64,000 nucleotides of DNA from SAR86 cluster bacterium (GCA_003331635.1 QOPH01000003.1:67145-131144); one strand, 5' to 3'; numbered from the stretch's first letter, positions 46,460 to 56,437 are shown. The notes: generated by a model not told the origin, from the sequence alone. Numbers and translations: made by a program.

Positions 46460-48883
46460 ATGAAAAAAGTATTTAGCCTCACATTAATTCTCTCTTCCCT
46501 GATTTATTCTGAAGTAAATTGGGAAAGAGAGCAGATTTGTCCTTTACCAGATCCAACTTTTGTAAACAACCTCATGAAAACTATGAGTATAGAAGAAAAA
46601 GTGGGACAGGTAATTCAGGCAGATCTAGATTTTATTAAACCATCAGATTTAAGAGATTATCCTATCGGTTCAGTTCTTAACGGCGGTAATACTTCACCAA
46701 GAGGCAAACTTCGAGCATCTCCTGCAGAGTGGAAATCTTTAGCTCAAGAATTTTATGAAGAATCAAAAAAAACAGGTGCATCTATTCCAGTCTTATGGGG
46801 AACAGATGCAGTGCATGGCCATAGCAATGTTTTTGGGGCAACAATTTTTCCACATAATATCGGAATTGGAGCAGCAGCAAACCCCCAACTTGTTGAAGAT
46901 ATTGGTGCAGCAGTTGCTGAGGAAGTACTTGCAACAGGGTTATTTTGGACATTTGCTCCTACAGTAACAATTCCACAGAATTTTAGATGGGGTAGAACTT
47001 ATGAGGGTTATTCGGAGGATCCTATTCTTGTATCAAAACTCGGAAGTGCGTTCATAGAAGGACTGCAAGGAACCGAAAAAGAATTTTTGAATGATACAAA
47101 AATATTGGGAACAGCTAAACACTTTCTAGGTGATGGTGGCACCTACTTAGGAATAGATCAGGGTGACACAAGAGCCAATGAAGAAAATATGCGAGTAATT
47201 CATGGGGAACCTTATTTCGCTTCTCTAAATTCTTGTGTAAGGGTTGTAATGGCAAGCTTTAACTCATGGAATGGTTCTAAGGTTCATGGAAACAAATATC
47301 TTTTAACAGAAGTTCTAAAAGAAAAAATGAATTTCACTGGATTCGTTGTTGGAGATTGGAATGGCCATCAGCAAGTACCTGGCTGTAATACTGGTAGCTG
47401 TCCTGAATCATTTAATGCTGGAGTTGATATGTTTATGGTTCCAGAAAATTGGAAAGCATTATATAAAAATACAGTTAAACAGGTCAAAGATGGCGAAATA
47501 TCAAAAGAAAGATTAGATGATGCTGTTAAAAGAATATTAACAGTTAAGCAACAGCTAGGCATGTTTGAGGGAAGGGTGCCTATTCAAACAAAATATTCTG
47601 AGGTAGGGCTTCAAAAAAATAGAGACATAGCAAGAAGAGCTGTAAGAGAATCGCTTGTATTAATTAAGAATAATAATTTAACCCTACCAATAAAAAATAA
47701 ACAAAAAATTCTTGTTATTGGTGACTCTGCTGATTCATTAAAGATTCAAACAGGAGGCTGGACGTTAGATTGGCAAGGAGCCAACAATACTAATAGTGAC
47801 TTCCCAGGATCTATTACATTTCTACAAGCATTGAAAGAGTATGAAAATCTGGAAATAACTCACAAAAATTCTTTATCTAATTTAGATTTAAATAAGAATT
47901 ATGACCTAGTAATAGTTGCTTATGGAGAAGAGCCATATGCAGAAGGAATTGGTGATCGAAAGAATCTATTTTATCGAGATTCAAAAACATTAAATACTCT
48001 AAAAAGGCTAAAAAGAAATGGAAATAAAGTAGTCTCTATTTTCTTTACTGGAAGGCCCTTATGGACTAATGAATTTATAAATCTCTCTGATGCATTTGTT
48101 GTTGCATGGCTTCCAGGAACTGAGTCTCGAGGAATGACAGATGTTCTTGTCGCTAATGAGGATGGTTCAGTTAATTATGACTTTCAAGGTAAGCTTCCAT
48201 TTAGCTGGCCTAGTGATCCTAATCAATCTACTATTGCCTTTTATGATCCTGCAAGCGATGCGGAATTTGATTATGGATATGGATTAACATATAAGTCCCT
48301 AAAAGCACTAGCTTTACTAGACGAGAGTTTCGAAAAATCAGAAGATTATGGTGATATGGTCGAGATATTTTCAGGAAAATTCAACAGTCCATTTGAGGGC
48401 TTCATCCAAGAAAATAACTCTCCTCAAATTAAATTGAGTTCAACAAATAATACAACTCAAAATGACGTAGTACAGATAGATTTCATAGATGTAGATAAAC
48501 AGGATGATACCTTAAGAGTTATTTTTAATGCAGATGGTAATTTAAATAGTTTCCATATTTTAACTACTGAAGTGGTTGGACTTGAGGATTTTCAATCAGG
48601 TTTTTTAAACTTTAATGCTAGGGTAGTGGAATCTTCAGGAGCTATATTTTTAGCTGCAACTTGTGGATTTGGATGTATGGGGTCAATTGATGTTACTTCT
48701 TTACTGTTGAAATCTAAGTCTTTTGATGGATATTCAGTGCCATTAAAATGCCTAACTGATAAGGGGTTAGATCTATCAAAAACAATTTCACCTATGATTT
48801 TATTTGGACCTGCAGATTTAACAATAGATTTTAAAAATGTTTCTATTTCAAAAAATTCACTAAAGAAAAAATTTAGCTGTTAA
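46460..48883 (+). CDS. periplasmic GH3 exo-beta-glucosidase/glucanase with an extra C-terminal domain
   Basis: About 807 aa from ATG 46460 with a signal peptide. GH3 motifs: WGTDAVHGH, KHFLGDGG, nucleophile GFVVGDWNG. About 190 aa follow the alpha/beta sandwich, as I recall for ExoP-type enzymes. Confidence 0.8.
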   Translation: MKKVFSLTLILSSLIYSEVNWEREQICPLPDPTFVNNLMKTMSIEEKVGQVIQADLDFIKPSDLRDYPIGSVLNGGNTSPRGKLRASPAEWKSLAQEFYEESKKTGASIPVLWGTDAVHGHSNVFGATIFPHNIGIGAAANPQLVEDIGAAVAEEVLATGLFWTFAPTVTIPQNFRWGRTYEGYSEDPILVSKLGSAFIEGLQGTEKEFLNDTKILGTAKHFLGDGGTYLGIDQGDTRANEENMRVIHGEPYFASLNSCVRVVMASFNSWNGSKVHGNKYLLTEVLKEKMNFTGFVVGDWNGHQQVPGCNTGSCPESFNAGVDMFMVPENWKALYKNTVKQVKDGEISKERLDDAVKRILTVKQQLGMFEGRVPIQTKYSEVGLQKNRDIARRAVRESLVLIKNNNLTLPIKNKQKILVIGDSADSLKIQTGGWTLDWQGANNTNSDFPGSITFLQALKEYENLEITHKNSLSNLDLNKNYDLVIVAYGEEPYAEGIGDRKNLFYRDSKTLNTLKRLKRNGNKVVSIFFTGRPLWTNEFINLSDAFVVAWLPGTESRGMTDVLVANEDGSVNYDFQGKLPFSWPSDPNQSTIAFYDPASDAEFDYGYGLTYKSLKALALLDESFEKSEDYGDMVEIFSGKFNSPFEGFIQENNSPQIKLSSTNNTTQNDVVQIDFIDVDKQDDTLRVIFNADGNLNSFHILTTEVVGLEDFQSGFLNFNARVVESSGAIFLAATCGFGCMGSIDVTSLLLKSKSFDGYSVPLKCLTDKGLDLSKTISPMILFGPADLTIDFKNVSISKNSLKKKFSC

Positions 48884-49349
48884 TTTTTAGTTCTTCTGGA
48901 GATATTATTATCCCATTCTGATCTGTATATGCCCAGTAGCCAGGTTTAATGTCCACACCTTGAATTTGGATATCAACTGATATTTCTCCCTTATTATCTT
49001 TATTACTTTTTTTGGGTGAGGTTCCTAAGGCATAAATACCTAAATCAATATTGTGCAGATGCTCAACATCTCTTATGTACCCATTAATTACTACAGCTTC
49101 CCACTTATTTTCTTTTGCTAAACCTGCAACTTTATCACCCATTAGGGCAACTTCCTTTGATGCATGCCCATCCACTATTAAGATGCTATTAGTGCCATCA
49201 GTAGATAAAACCTCTCTAACTTTGCTGTTATCATTTAAGCAACTAACTGTTTCAATCTTTCCACTAACTAAATCTTTTTTGCCATAAGCATGGAAGTCCA
49301 CAATTACAGGAAGTGAATAATATAAATCGCTTATATCAGGTGTATTCAT
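48873..49349 (-). CDS. rraA: RraA-family protein (RNase E regulator / HMG-aldolase fold)
   Basis: 158 aa. ILIVDGHASKEVALMGDKVAGLAKENKWEAVVINGYIRDV aligns with the E. coli RraA core as I recall it. Confidence 0.75.
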   Translation of the reverse strand: MNTPDISDLYYSLPVIVDFHAYGKKDLVSGKIETVSCLNDNSKVREVLSTDGTNSILIVDGHASKEVALMGDKVAGLAKENKWEAVVINGYIRDVEHLHNIDLGIYALGTSPKKSNKDNKGEISVDIQIQGVDIKPGYWAYTDQNGIIISPEELKINS

Positions 49350-49350
49350 A

Positions 49351-49378
49351 AAAAAAGGAGGGTTGCCCCTCCTTTTTA
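49351..49378 (-). terminator. rho-independent terminator after the 49398-52175 TBDR
   Basis: GGAGGG (49357-49362), loop TTGC, CCCTCC (49367-49372). On the minus strand it is followed by a T-run that abuts the rraA ATG. Confidence 0.75.
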
Positions 49379-49397
49379 TTTTAGCAAAATCTAGTTT

Positions 49398-52175
49398 TTA
49401 CCAAAAGTATCCAAATCTAATACCATATTGAGCAGGACCGTTATATCCTCCTCTAGGAACTGCACCTTCCCAAGCTCTGTGATATGCGATTCTTTCGTCC
49501 ATAGCATTGTAGCTATAAGCTTGTGCATACCAGCTACCTTCTGCAGGTTCAAAAGTAAGCAACAAGTTAAATGTTTCAAATGCAGGCCTTAGATCTGATA
49601 AGTATTCTGCTGGCTGTGCCCAATACCCAGGTAAATCTATAAAGTCGTACGCGCAACCATCTGCTGCAGCAAAGTTTGTACAGCCATATGTGCCATAACC
49701 ACCTTCATCATCAACATGCTTATCTATGTTGTAAATAGAAAGGTAAGCTGAAGTTTCATAGTGATATTGGACCTGCGGTTTGATTTTACCTACTGGAGTA
49801 TTAAATGTGTGCTCATACCGAATGGTTGTTTGGAATTGAGGAGCATATGGTGCCTCATTACCAAGAAGATCAATATTATTCTCTGGTTCTGGAGCAACAG
49901 CACTACCATAATCAGGTCTGCCATGTGCAAATCCTATTGCATATCTTACCTGTGTTACAAAACTCTCTGTAACCTTGGTATTCATTGTTGCAATGTAACC
50001 ATTAATATTTCCACCTTCGTATGGATTCCAGTTAAACTCAAACTCAGAACCATAGAATTCTTGCTCACCAAAGTTTTGGCTTGACCACCTAGTAACAACT
50101 TGGTCTTGTTGAACCATTTGTCCAAACGTAGGAGAACCAATTGAAGTATCAACACCCATTGCTGAAATAACATCTACAGGAACGTTCCCTGATTCTTGTT
50201 TTCCATCATATTGAGAGAAATAGGCATTGAAAGATAAGTTAAGATCTTTTCCAACTCTTCTTTTAAAACCAAATTCAAATGTGTCTATGTACTCATTATC
50301 ATAAGAAGTGTCAGCATATGAACCTGGTCCTTCCGGATGAAGTGTATTATCACCTCTTCTGTACACGTCTTGGATCGAACCAGATTTAAAACCAGTTGCA
50401 TAATATGCGTAGAGAAGGGTGTTATCATCTAAATCAAAATCAAGTCCTACTCTATAGTCAAGATTATCAAACGTTGCTGATGTATCGTTAATTAAAACTT
50501 CTTGAAGACAACCATAACCACCGCTACAGTTAACTCCTTCAACTAAGAATTCACCACCATTTTTCCACGGAGTGTAACCAAGTCTAACCCAATTTGGATC
50601 TCTGGCTCTTGCACCACCATAAGGGTCTGCAGCACAACCATTTGCCCAGAACATGCATCTAAAGTTTCTTCCACCAACATCAGTTTTTTCTTCTTCTGAA
50701 TATCTTGCACCTACTGTTAAAAACATTCTTTCATCAAGCTGGTATGTTGCTTGGCCATACATTGCTGTTGCATCAAGCTGTCTATCTGGCTGAATAAATA
50801 CATCAGAGCCTTCAAGACCGTTGAAGTGAGCTTCCATATTATTGTTCTCTAGGTTCATGAAGTAGCCAAGTACCCACTGTAGCTTCTCATCTTTAGACGA
50901 TCTTAATTCAACATCAAAAACTTTTGCCTTTGCCACAAAGTCATCAATATTCCAGTTCCCATCCCAGTTACCATGACCCATATCTGTATCAAAGTGAGCC
51001 TCTTCTTCTAAGTGCTGGTAACCATATTTAGCAACTAAATCAAAGTCACCAATCGGTGCTTTGTAGATAGCCCTTGTTGATGTAAGGACAACATCCAGCA
51101 TACCAGGAGTGTTTACATATGCTTTGTATGCATTTCCTCCACCAAAACCTGTATCACAGTTTGTTATGTCAAAGCCACCCCAGTTCCATGACTCATAATT
51201 AACTGTAGGTCTTCCTCTCATTAATTCGCAAGCAGGTGTTTCAGTCCAGTGAGCATTTTGATTTTCAAATTGCTCAAACTGTACATTTAGACTTCTGTCT
51301 CCACCCATGTCATATAGTGCACTTAATCTAAATGCATTTTGGTCTACATTATTGTATGAATCAGCTGGATCCATCTGAACTTTTGAAAGTGGTCTTTGTT
51401 GCCATCCGTCAAATCCGTTATACCAGTGGTGATCAGACATAACTCTATTATTATAATCTCCTCCTATTTGACTAAACTCACTTAAATCAACTCCAGCAAA
51501 TTTCATAAATCTATGATCCATTTGTGAAGCATCTAAATAAGTCGTAATGAATGAATCTTTTTTCTCTTCCATGTAAGCAAGCCTAATTGCAAAATTATCT
51601 GTGATTGGAAGGTTGTAATGCATTCTTAATGCTTGAGCATCCATTCTTCCTGCATCAAGTGTTACTGAACCACCTTGAACTTCAAAGTTTGGTTTTGCAG
51701 TCACAACATTGAATGTACCTACTGTTGAGTTTCTTCCATAGAGAGTGCCCTGTGGTCCTCTTAAAACTTCTGCTCTTTCAAGATCGAAAAGTAGAGCCAT
51801 AGCGCCTTGCATTCTTGATACATAAACACCATCTACATGTACACCCACAGCTGGATCTCCAAGTTCCGTAACATTGTTTGATCTAACTCCTCTCATAGTG
51901 ATCACTGGTGCACCATGGTTACTAGAGTCAGTAATTTCTAACATTGGAACCATCTGAGAAAGGTCAATATAATTATTTATTCCATACTCAGTAAGCTTAT
52001 CTTGAGTAAAAACTGTCACTGGAACAGGAGTATCCATGACATCTTTCTCAATTTTTTGAGCTGTAGTAATAACAATTTCAAGGCCCTCATCTTCATCTTC
52101 AGAATCTTGGGCTATAGCAGATAAAGCAAATGCTGGAAGCATTAGCAACATAAGTAGATTTTTTGTAAATTTCAT
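49398..52175 (-). CDS. TonB-dependent outer-membrane receptor
   Basis: About 925 aa from ATG 52175 (MKFTKNLLML...), which is preceded by AGGGGG; that Shine-Dalgarno site sits inside the 4-codon extension given in the track. LEIVITTAQK TonB box, plug (MRGVRSNNVTELGDPAVGVHVDGV, EVLRGPQGTLYGRNS), C-terminal FGYFW. Confidence 0.9.
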   Translation of the reverse strand: MKFTKNLLMLLMLPAFALSAIAQDSEDEDEGLEIVITTAQKIEKDVMDTPVPVTVFTQDKLTEYGINNYIDLSQMVPMLEITDSSNHGAPVITMRGVRSNNVTELGDPAVGVHVDGVYVSRMQGAMALLFDLERAEVLRGPQGTLYGRNSTVGTFNVVTAKPNFEVQGGSVTLDAGRMDAQALRMHYNLPITDNFAIRLAYMEEKKDSFITTYLDASQMDHRFMKFAGVDLSEFSQIGGDYNNRVMSDHHWYNGFDGWQQRPLSKVQMDPADSYNNVDQNAFRLSALYDMGGDRSLNVQFEQFENQNAHWTETPACELMRGRPTVNYESWNWGGFDITNCDTGFGGGNAYKAYVNTPGMLDVVLTSTRAIYKAPIGDFDLVAKYGYQHLEEEAHFDTDMGHGNWDGNWNIDDFVAKAKVFDVELRSSKDEKLQWVLGYFMNLENNNMEAHFNGLEGSDVFIQPDRQLDATAMYGQATYQLDERMFLTVGARYSEEEKTDVGGRNFRCMFWANGCAADPYGGARARDPNWVRLGYTPWKNGGEFLVEGVNCSGGYGCLQEVLINDTSATFDNLDYRVGLDFDLDDNTLLYAYYATGFKSGSIQDVYRRGDNTLHPEGPGSYADTSYDNEYIDTFEFGFKRRVGKDLNLSFNAYFSQYDGKQESGNVPVDVISAMGVDTSIGSPTFGQMVQQDQVVTRWSSQNFGEQEFYGSEFEFNWNPYEGGNINGYIATMNTKVTESFVTQVRYAIGFAHGRPDYGSAVAPEPENNIDLLGNEAPYAPQFQTTIRYEHTFNTPVGKIKPQVQYHYETSAYLSIYNIDKHVDDEGGYGTYGCTNFAAADGCAYDFIDLPGYWAQPAEYLSDLRPAFETFNLLLTFEPAEGSWYAQAYSYNAMDERIAYHRAWEGAVPRGGYNGPAQYGIRFGYFW

Positions 52176-52279
52176 AATCCCCCTCATTATGGTTTTAATT
52201 GATAAATTAAATATAACTAAAATTATGTTTATGTCAAATTGTTTATAATTAATTAAACTCAGTAAAATAGGACTTAATC

Positions 52280-53218
52280 TTGAATATTAGCAATAAAATT
52301 TCTTTGATTTTTATAACTGTTTTTTTATGTGGCTGTAATGTCGGTAGTAGCAATTTTTCTAATTCAATTATAGCAGGGGTAATTCAACCTGCACCAGTAG
52401 CTGAAGATATAGATTATTGCCCATCAAAACAACCACATTCATATGAAAATTACTCTTTAATCTGGTTAGAAAATTTTGATGATGTTGGTTTGAATCAATC
52501 TAATTGGAATTTTATGTATGGAAATGGACAAAATTACGGAGTGCCAGGTTGGGGCAATAATGAATTACAAAGTTATACACATAGCAATGAAAATATTTAT
52601 CTTAACGCTGGCTGTTTATTTATAATCCCAACATATAACGCTAGTTCTGATGGAACAGGTTATGAAAGTGCGAGAATAAATTCACAAAATAAAAGAAAAT
52701 TTAAATACGGAAGAGTTGATATAAGTTTTTCTGTACCAGAAATAACAGGTGTATGGCCAGCACTTTGGATGATGCCTGAGAAGTCAGTGTATGGAAATTG
52801 GCCAAGAAGCGGAGAAATTGACATTGTTGAAACAATTAATGCAAAATCAGATGAGCTCGTAACCACAATTCATTATGGGCATGACTATCATAGGCAGATA
52901 TCCAAAACTACTTTTTTAAACCAATTAACAAAGCTATCAAATCCGATTGATCACAATAAGATATCTTTGATTTGGGAAGACAAATATTTTGAATGGTTAC
53001 TTAATGATCAATTGGTATTTAAAGTTAATTTTAATGAAGTTGAAAATCTTGAGCCCAATCCATTTCTTGAGGAGTTTTATCTATTAATTAACGTTGCAGT
53101 GGGTGGCAATTGGCCTGGAACACCGAACTCAACAATGTATTGTAATTCTCGCAAATCATGCCCCGATGTGAAAAAATTAATAGTAGACTACATTGCTTAT
53201 TATGAAAAAATTAATTGA
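52280..53218 (+). CDS. GH16 endo-beta-1,3(4)-glucanase (laminarinase-like) lipoprotein
   Basis: 312 aa with a TTG start. Lipobox-like FLCGC. Motifs: WPALWMMP and the catalytic GEIDIVE (ExDxxE). Divergent from the TBDR. Confidence 0.8.
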   Translation: MNISNKISLIFITVFLCGCNVGSSNFSNSIIAGVIQPAPVAEDIDYCPSKQPHSYENYSLIWLENFDDVGLNQSNWNFMYGNGQNYGVPGWGNNELQSYTHSNENIYLNAGCLFIIPTYNASSDGTGYESARINSQNKRKFKYGRVDISFSVPEITGVWPALWMMPEKSVYGNWPRSGEIDIVETINAKSDELVTTIHYGHDYHRQISKTTFLNQLTKLSNPIDHNKISLIWEDKYFEWLLNDQLVFKVNFNEVENLEPNPFLEEFYLLINVAVGGNWPGTPNSTMYCNSRKSCPDVKKLIVDYIAYYEKIN

Positions 53219-54137
53219 AGTACTTCTTCCACTAATCATCTCTCTTCCACTCTTTGCTGAATCTCCTGCAATTGTCATACATGGAGGAGCAGGCTGGTTT
53301 TCAAATATGTCTCATGATGAAATTAAAGATCTAAAAAAAGGCCTTAAAATGGCATTAGATAAAGGTTTTGATATTTTAGAGAATGGTGGCAGCAGTGTCG
53401 ATGCAGTTGAAGCCGCAATAATAATTTTAGAAGATAATCCTCTTTTTAATGCTGGAAGAGGCTCAGTTTATACATCTGAAGAAAGGCAGGAAATGGACGC
53501 TTCCATAATGACTGGAAAAGATAATGAAGCAGGTGCAGTTTCCTCAGTCACTAATGTAAAAAATCCAATTTCTTTAGCAAGGCACGTCATGGAAGAAACA
53601 CCACATGTAATGTTTACTAGTGGTGGTGCAGAAAAATTAGCAAGAGATAATAACATCGAACAAGTTGAACAAAGTTATTTTGCAAACCCAGATAGATTAA
53701 AGTCCTTAAAAAAAGCAAAAGAAAATAAAAAAGGAACAGTTGGAGTTGTAGCAATAGATAAAAATAGAGTGATAACAGCTGGTACATCTACAGGAGGAAT
53801 GACTAACAAAGCTCCTGGGAGAGTTGGGGACTCGCCAATAATTGGTGCTGGAACATGGGTAGAAAATAATTCTTGTGGTGTCTCGGCAACTGGTCACGGA
53901 GAATACTTTATAAGATTTAGTGTTGCCAAAGAAATTTGTGTAAAAGCACGTTATCAAAATAAATCGATTCAACAAGCTTCAACTGAGGTAATGAATCAGT
54001 TAAAAGAAATCGGTGCAGATGGAGGTGTTATTGTTATGGACAGCCAAGGAAATTACGCTTTTGCATTCAATACTCCAGCGATGGCAAGAGCATACAAAGA
54101 TGCATTTTCTGAGGTAATCAAAATTTATAAAAATTAA
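53202..54137 (+). CDS. iaaA: isoaspartyl peptidase / L-asparaginase (Ntn hydrolase), exported
   Basis: About 311 aa from ATG 53202 with a signal peptide. Motifs: IHGGAG, NAGRGS, autoprocessing site KKGTVGVVA, TSTGGMTNK. Confidence 0.8.
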   Translation: MKKLIEVLLPLIISLPLFAESPAIVIHGGAGWFSNMSHDEIKDLKKGLKMALDKGFDILENGGSSVDAVEAAIIILEDNPLFNAGRGSVYTSEERQEMDASIMTGKDNEAGAVSSVTNVKNPISLARHVMEETPHVMFTSGGAEKLARDNNIEQVEQSYFANPDRLKSLKKAKENKKGTVGVVAIDKNRVITAGTSTGGMTNKAPGRVGDSPIIGAGTWVENNSCGVSATGHGEYFIRFSVAKEICVKARYQNKSIQQASTEVMNQLKEIGADGGVIVMDSQGNYAFAFNTPAMARAYKDAFSEVIKIYKN

Positions 54138-54376
54138 TGTCAATTAGGTATGAGCAACAAATCTTGCATCTAGATCTTCACGGAGTTAAGCATGCAGATG
54201 TTGAAATTTATATAGAGGATTTTGTGCTTAACAATCAGAACGAATTGCCCCTAATCATAATATGTGGAAATTCTGAAAAAATGATTTCCATTGTTAATGA
54301 GACTTTAAAAAAAATTGATGTTAATTTTGAAGAAACAAGATACGGTCGTATTAGGGTAAATTCACTTGATGCGTAA
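54137..54376 (+). CDS. Smr-domain-like small protein
   Basis: 79 aa. LDLHGVKHADVE...PLIIICGNS resembles the Smr LDLHG...IIHGKG pattern. Confidence 0.45.
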   Translation: MSIRYEQQILHLDLHGVKHADVEIYIEDFVLNNQNELPLIIICGNSEKMISIVNETLKKIDVNFEETRYGRIRVNSLDA

Positions 54377-55469
54377 GTTAAAGATTGTTCAAATTCTTCC
54401 AACTTTAAATACAGGTGGAGTGGAAAGGGGTGTTCTAGATTTTAATAAATATCTTATTGATAGAGGCCATGAGTCATATGTAATTTCTAATGGAGGCAGG
54501 CAAGTAAAAAATCTTATTAATGATGGAGGCAGCCATATTCATATACAGGTTTCCAAAAAGAGTTTTCTAACTTTACTCCAAGCAAAAAAATTAGCAGATG
54601 TCATTAATGAAATTTCTCCAGATATTGTGCACGTTAGATCTAGAATTCCTGCATGGGTAACTCAACTCTCGAAGCTATTTATTAAAAACCCAAGACCAAT
54701 TTTCTTTTCAACATTTCACGGTCTATATAGCACACCTTTTTACAGCAGGATAATGGCAAGTTTTGATTATGTTATTGCGATTTCTAAAACAGTTAACGAA
54801 TATATCTTAGAAAACTATAAAAACCACCTGAAAACTGAGCCAAGATTAATTTATCGTGGATCTGATCAAGATTATTTCACTAAACAATTTCAGGTAACTG
54901 AACAATATCGGGAAAATTTTTTTTCACAGTTCCCTAAACTTGTGAATAAAGAAATTATTGCATTTCCAGGCAGATTATCATCATGGAAAGGCCAGGAATC
55001 ATTCATCAAGCTAATATCTAGTCTGCCTGATAATTATTCTGGTCTTATAGTTGGGCCATATGAAGATGCAAAAAAGAAATATTACAAAAAACTCCTAAAT
55101 CTCATAAGAGATTACAATTTGGAAAATAGAGTTTTTTTCTATAATGCAAAGGATGATATTCGAGAAATCTATTCACTTTCAGCACTTGTAATGAATCTGT
55201 CATCAGCTCCCGAACCTTTTGGAAGAACACTTTTAGAAGCAGCAATGATGGGTAAAAAAATATGTGGTTGGAATAGGGGTGGTGTAGGTGAGGTCTTAAA
55301 GCTTTTTTATGAAGAGGGACAGGTAGAATTTAAAGATTTTAAACAGTTAACGGAAAAGACTAAATCAATTATTGCCAGGAATAATAAACCTAAAGAAGTA
55401 TTTTTGACCTCAGAGTTGATGCATCAAAAGACTATTGATTTCTATCTTGAAGCTCTTGGAAAAAGCTAA
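54369..55469 (+). CDS. GT4 (GT-B fold) glycosyltransferase
   Basis: About 366 aa from ATG 54369. N-terminal ILPTLNTGGVERGV and C-terminal EPFGRTLLEAAMMGKK (EX7E region). Confidence 0.75.
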   Translation: MRKLKIVQILPTLNTGGVERGVLDFNKYLIDRGHESYVISNGGRQVKNLINDGGSHIHIQVSKKSFLTLLQAKKLADVINEISPDIVHVRSRIPAWVTQLSKLFIKNPRPIFFSTFHGLYSTPFYSRIMASFDYVIAISKTVNEYILENYKNHLKTEPRLIYRGSDQDYFTKQFQVTEQYRENFFSQFPKLVNKEIIAFPGRLSSWKGQESFIKLISSLPDNYSGLIVGPYEDAKKKYYKKLLNLIRDYNLENRVFFYNAKDDIREIYSLSALVMNLSSAPEPFGRTLLEAAMMGKKICGWNRGGVGEVLKLFYEEGQVEFKDFKQLTEKTKSIIARNNKPKEVFLTSELMHQKTIDFYLEALGKS

Positions 55470-56437
55470 GATTCATAAATTTTTAAAATTCTTTCAGATG
55501 CTTTTTTAATGGTGTGATTTTTCTTTATGCTGCTAATCAAATCTTTTTGTTTTTTTTGAAGTTCTTTTGGTCTTGCCGTCCAATGAACAATAACCTTCTT
55601 GATTGAATTGTAAGTTAAATCTGAAGAAATAAATTCATTATCAAGGAGCTCAGGAAATGCACCAACTGGAGTAGCTATTACTGGAACCTCGCAATAAAGC
55701 GATTCAAAAAAAGATTTTGGTGAACCCTCTTTTATAGAGCAAAAAATTTGCCCTTTAGAGCGACATAAAATATTCCCTACATTGTCTGTATAGGGAATAA
55801 ATTTAATTTTTTCAGCAATATCCAAATCTGCAACAAGATTTTTTAATCCTTGCTCTTGAGAGCCTTCGCCCACAATTACTAATTTTTCTTCAATAGATTT
55901 CCAAATTTTTATTAAAGTCTCTAGGTTTTTTTGTGGCTCGAGTCTCCCAATAAAACAAAAGTATTCTCCATTTTTTTTGGTGTATTTCGGAAATCTTGTT
56001 TCGTCTACCCAATTTAGTTCATGGTAAATATTTTTTTGCTGATTTTTAAAATTAGTGACTGCCAATTTGCTTACAGCTATTATGCTATCTGCCTTTTCGT
56101 AGGCATATACATTCTTTTTATTGTTATGAACTGTAGCTATCCATTTAAAAGCCCTATTTTTAAATTTTTTTAAAAGCACTGCAGGTTTTGTTCCATGTGT
56201 ATTAACAATATCGGGTGTGTAATTTAGAAAAATTTCTTCTAGATTTGAGGATTTAAAAGGACTAAATCTATATCCTAGATTATCTAAGGAATGATAGTTT
56301 ACTCTAAATTTATTTTTAAATTTCTCTGGTCCTATAACTAACACATTGTTATTTTTAGATTGTTCAAAAGACAACTCTTCGACATGCCTCTCCAGTCCTG
56401 CAAAAGCTTTACTTGAAAAAATATGCAACACTTTCAT
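55466..56437 (-). CDS. GT4 (GT-B fold) glycosyltransferase
   Basis: 323 aa. HIFSSKAFAGLERHV and the EX7E-like region KEGSPKSFFESLYCEVPVI. Confidence 0.7.
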   Translation of the reverse strand: MKVLHIFSSKAFAGLERHVEELSFEQSKNNNVLVIGPEKFKNKFRVNYHSLDNLGYRFSPFKSSNLEEIFLNYTPDIVNTHGTKPAVLLKKFKNRAFKWIATVHNNKKNVYAYEKADSIIAVSKLAVTNFKNQQKNIYHELNWVDETRFPKYTKKNGEYFCFIGRLEPQKNLETLIKIWKSIEEKLVIVGEGSQEQGLKNLVADLDIAEKIKFIPYTDNVGNILCRSKGQIFCSIKEGSPKSFFESLYCEVPVIATPVGAFPELLDNEFISSDLTYNSIKKVIVHWTARPKELQKKQKDLISSIKKNHTIKKASERILKIYES

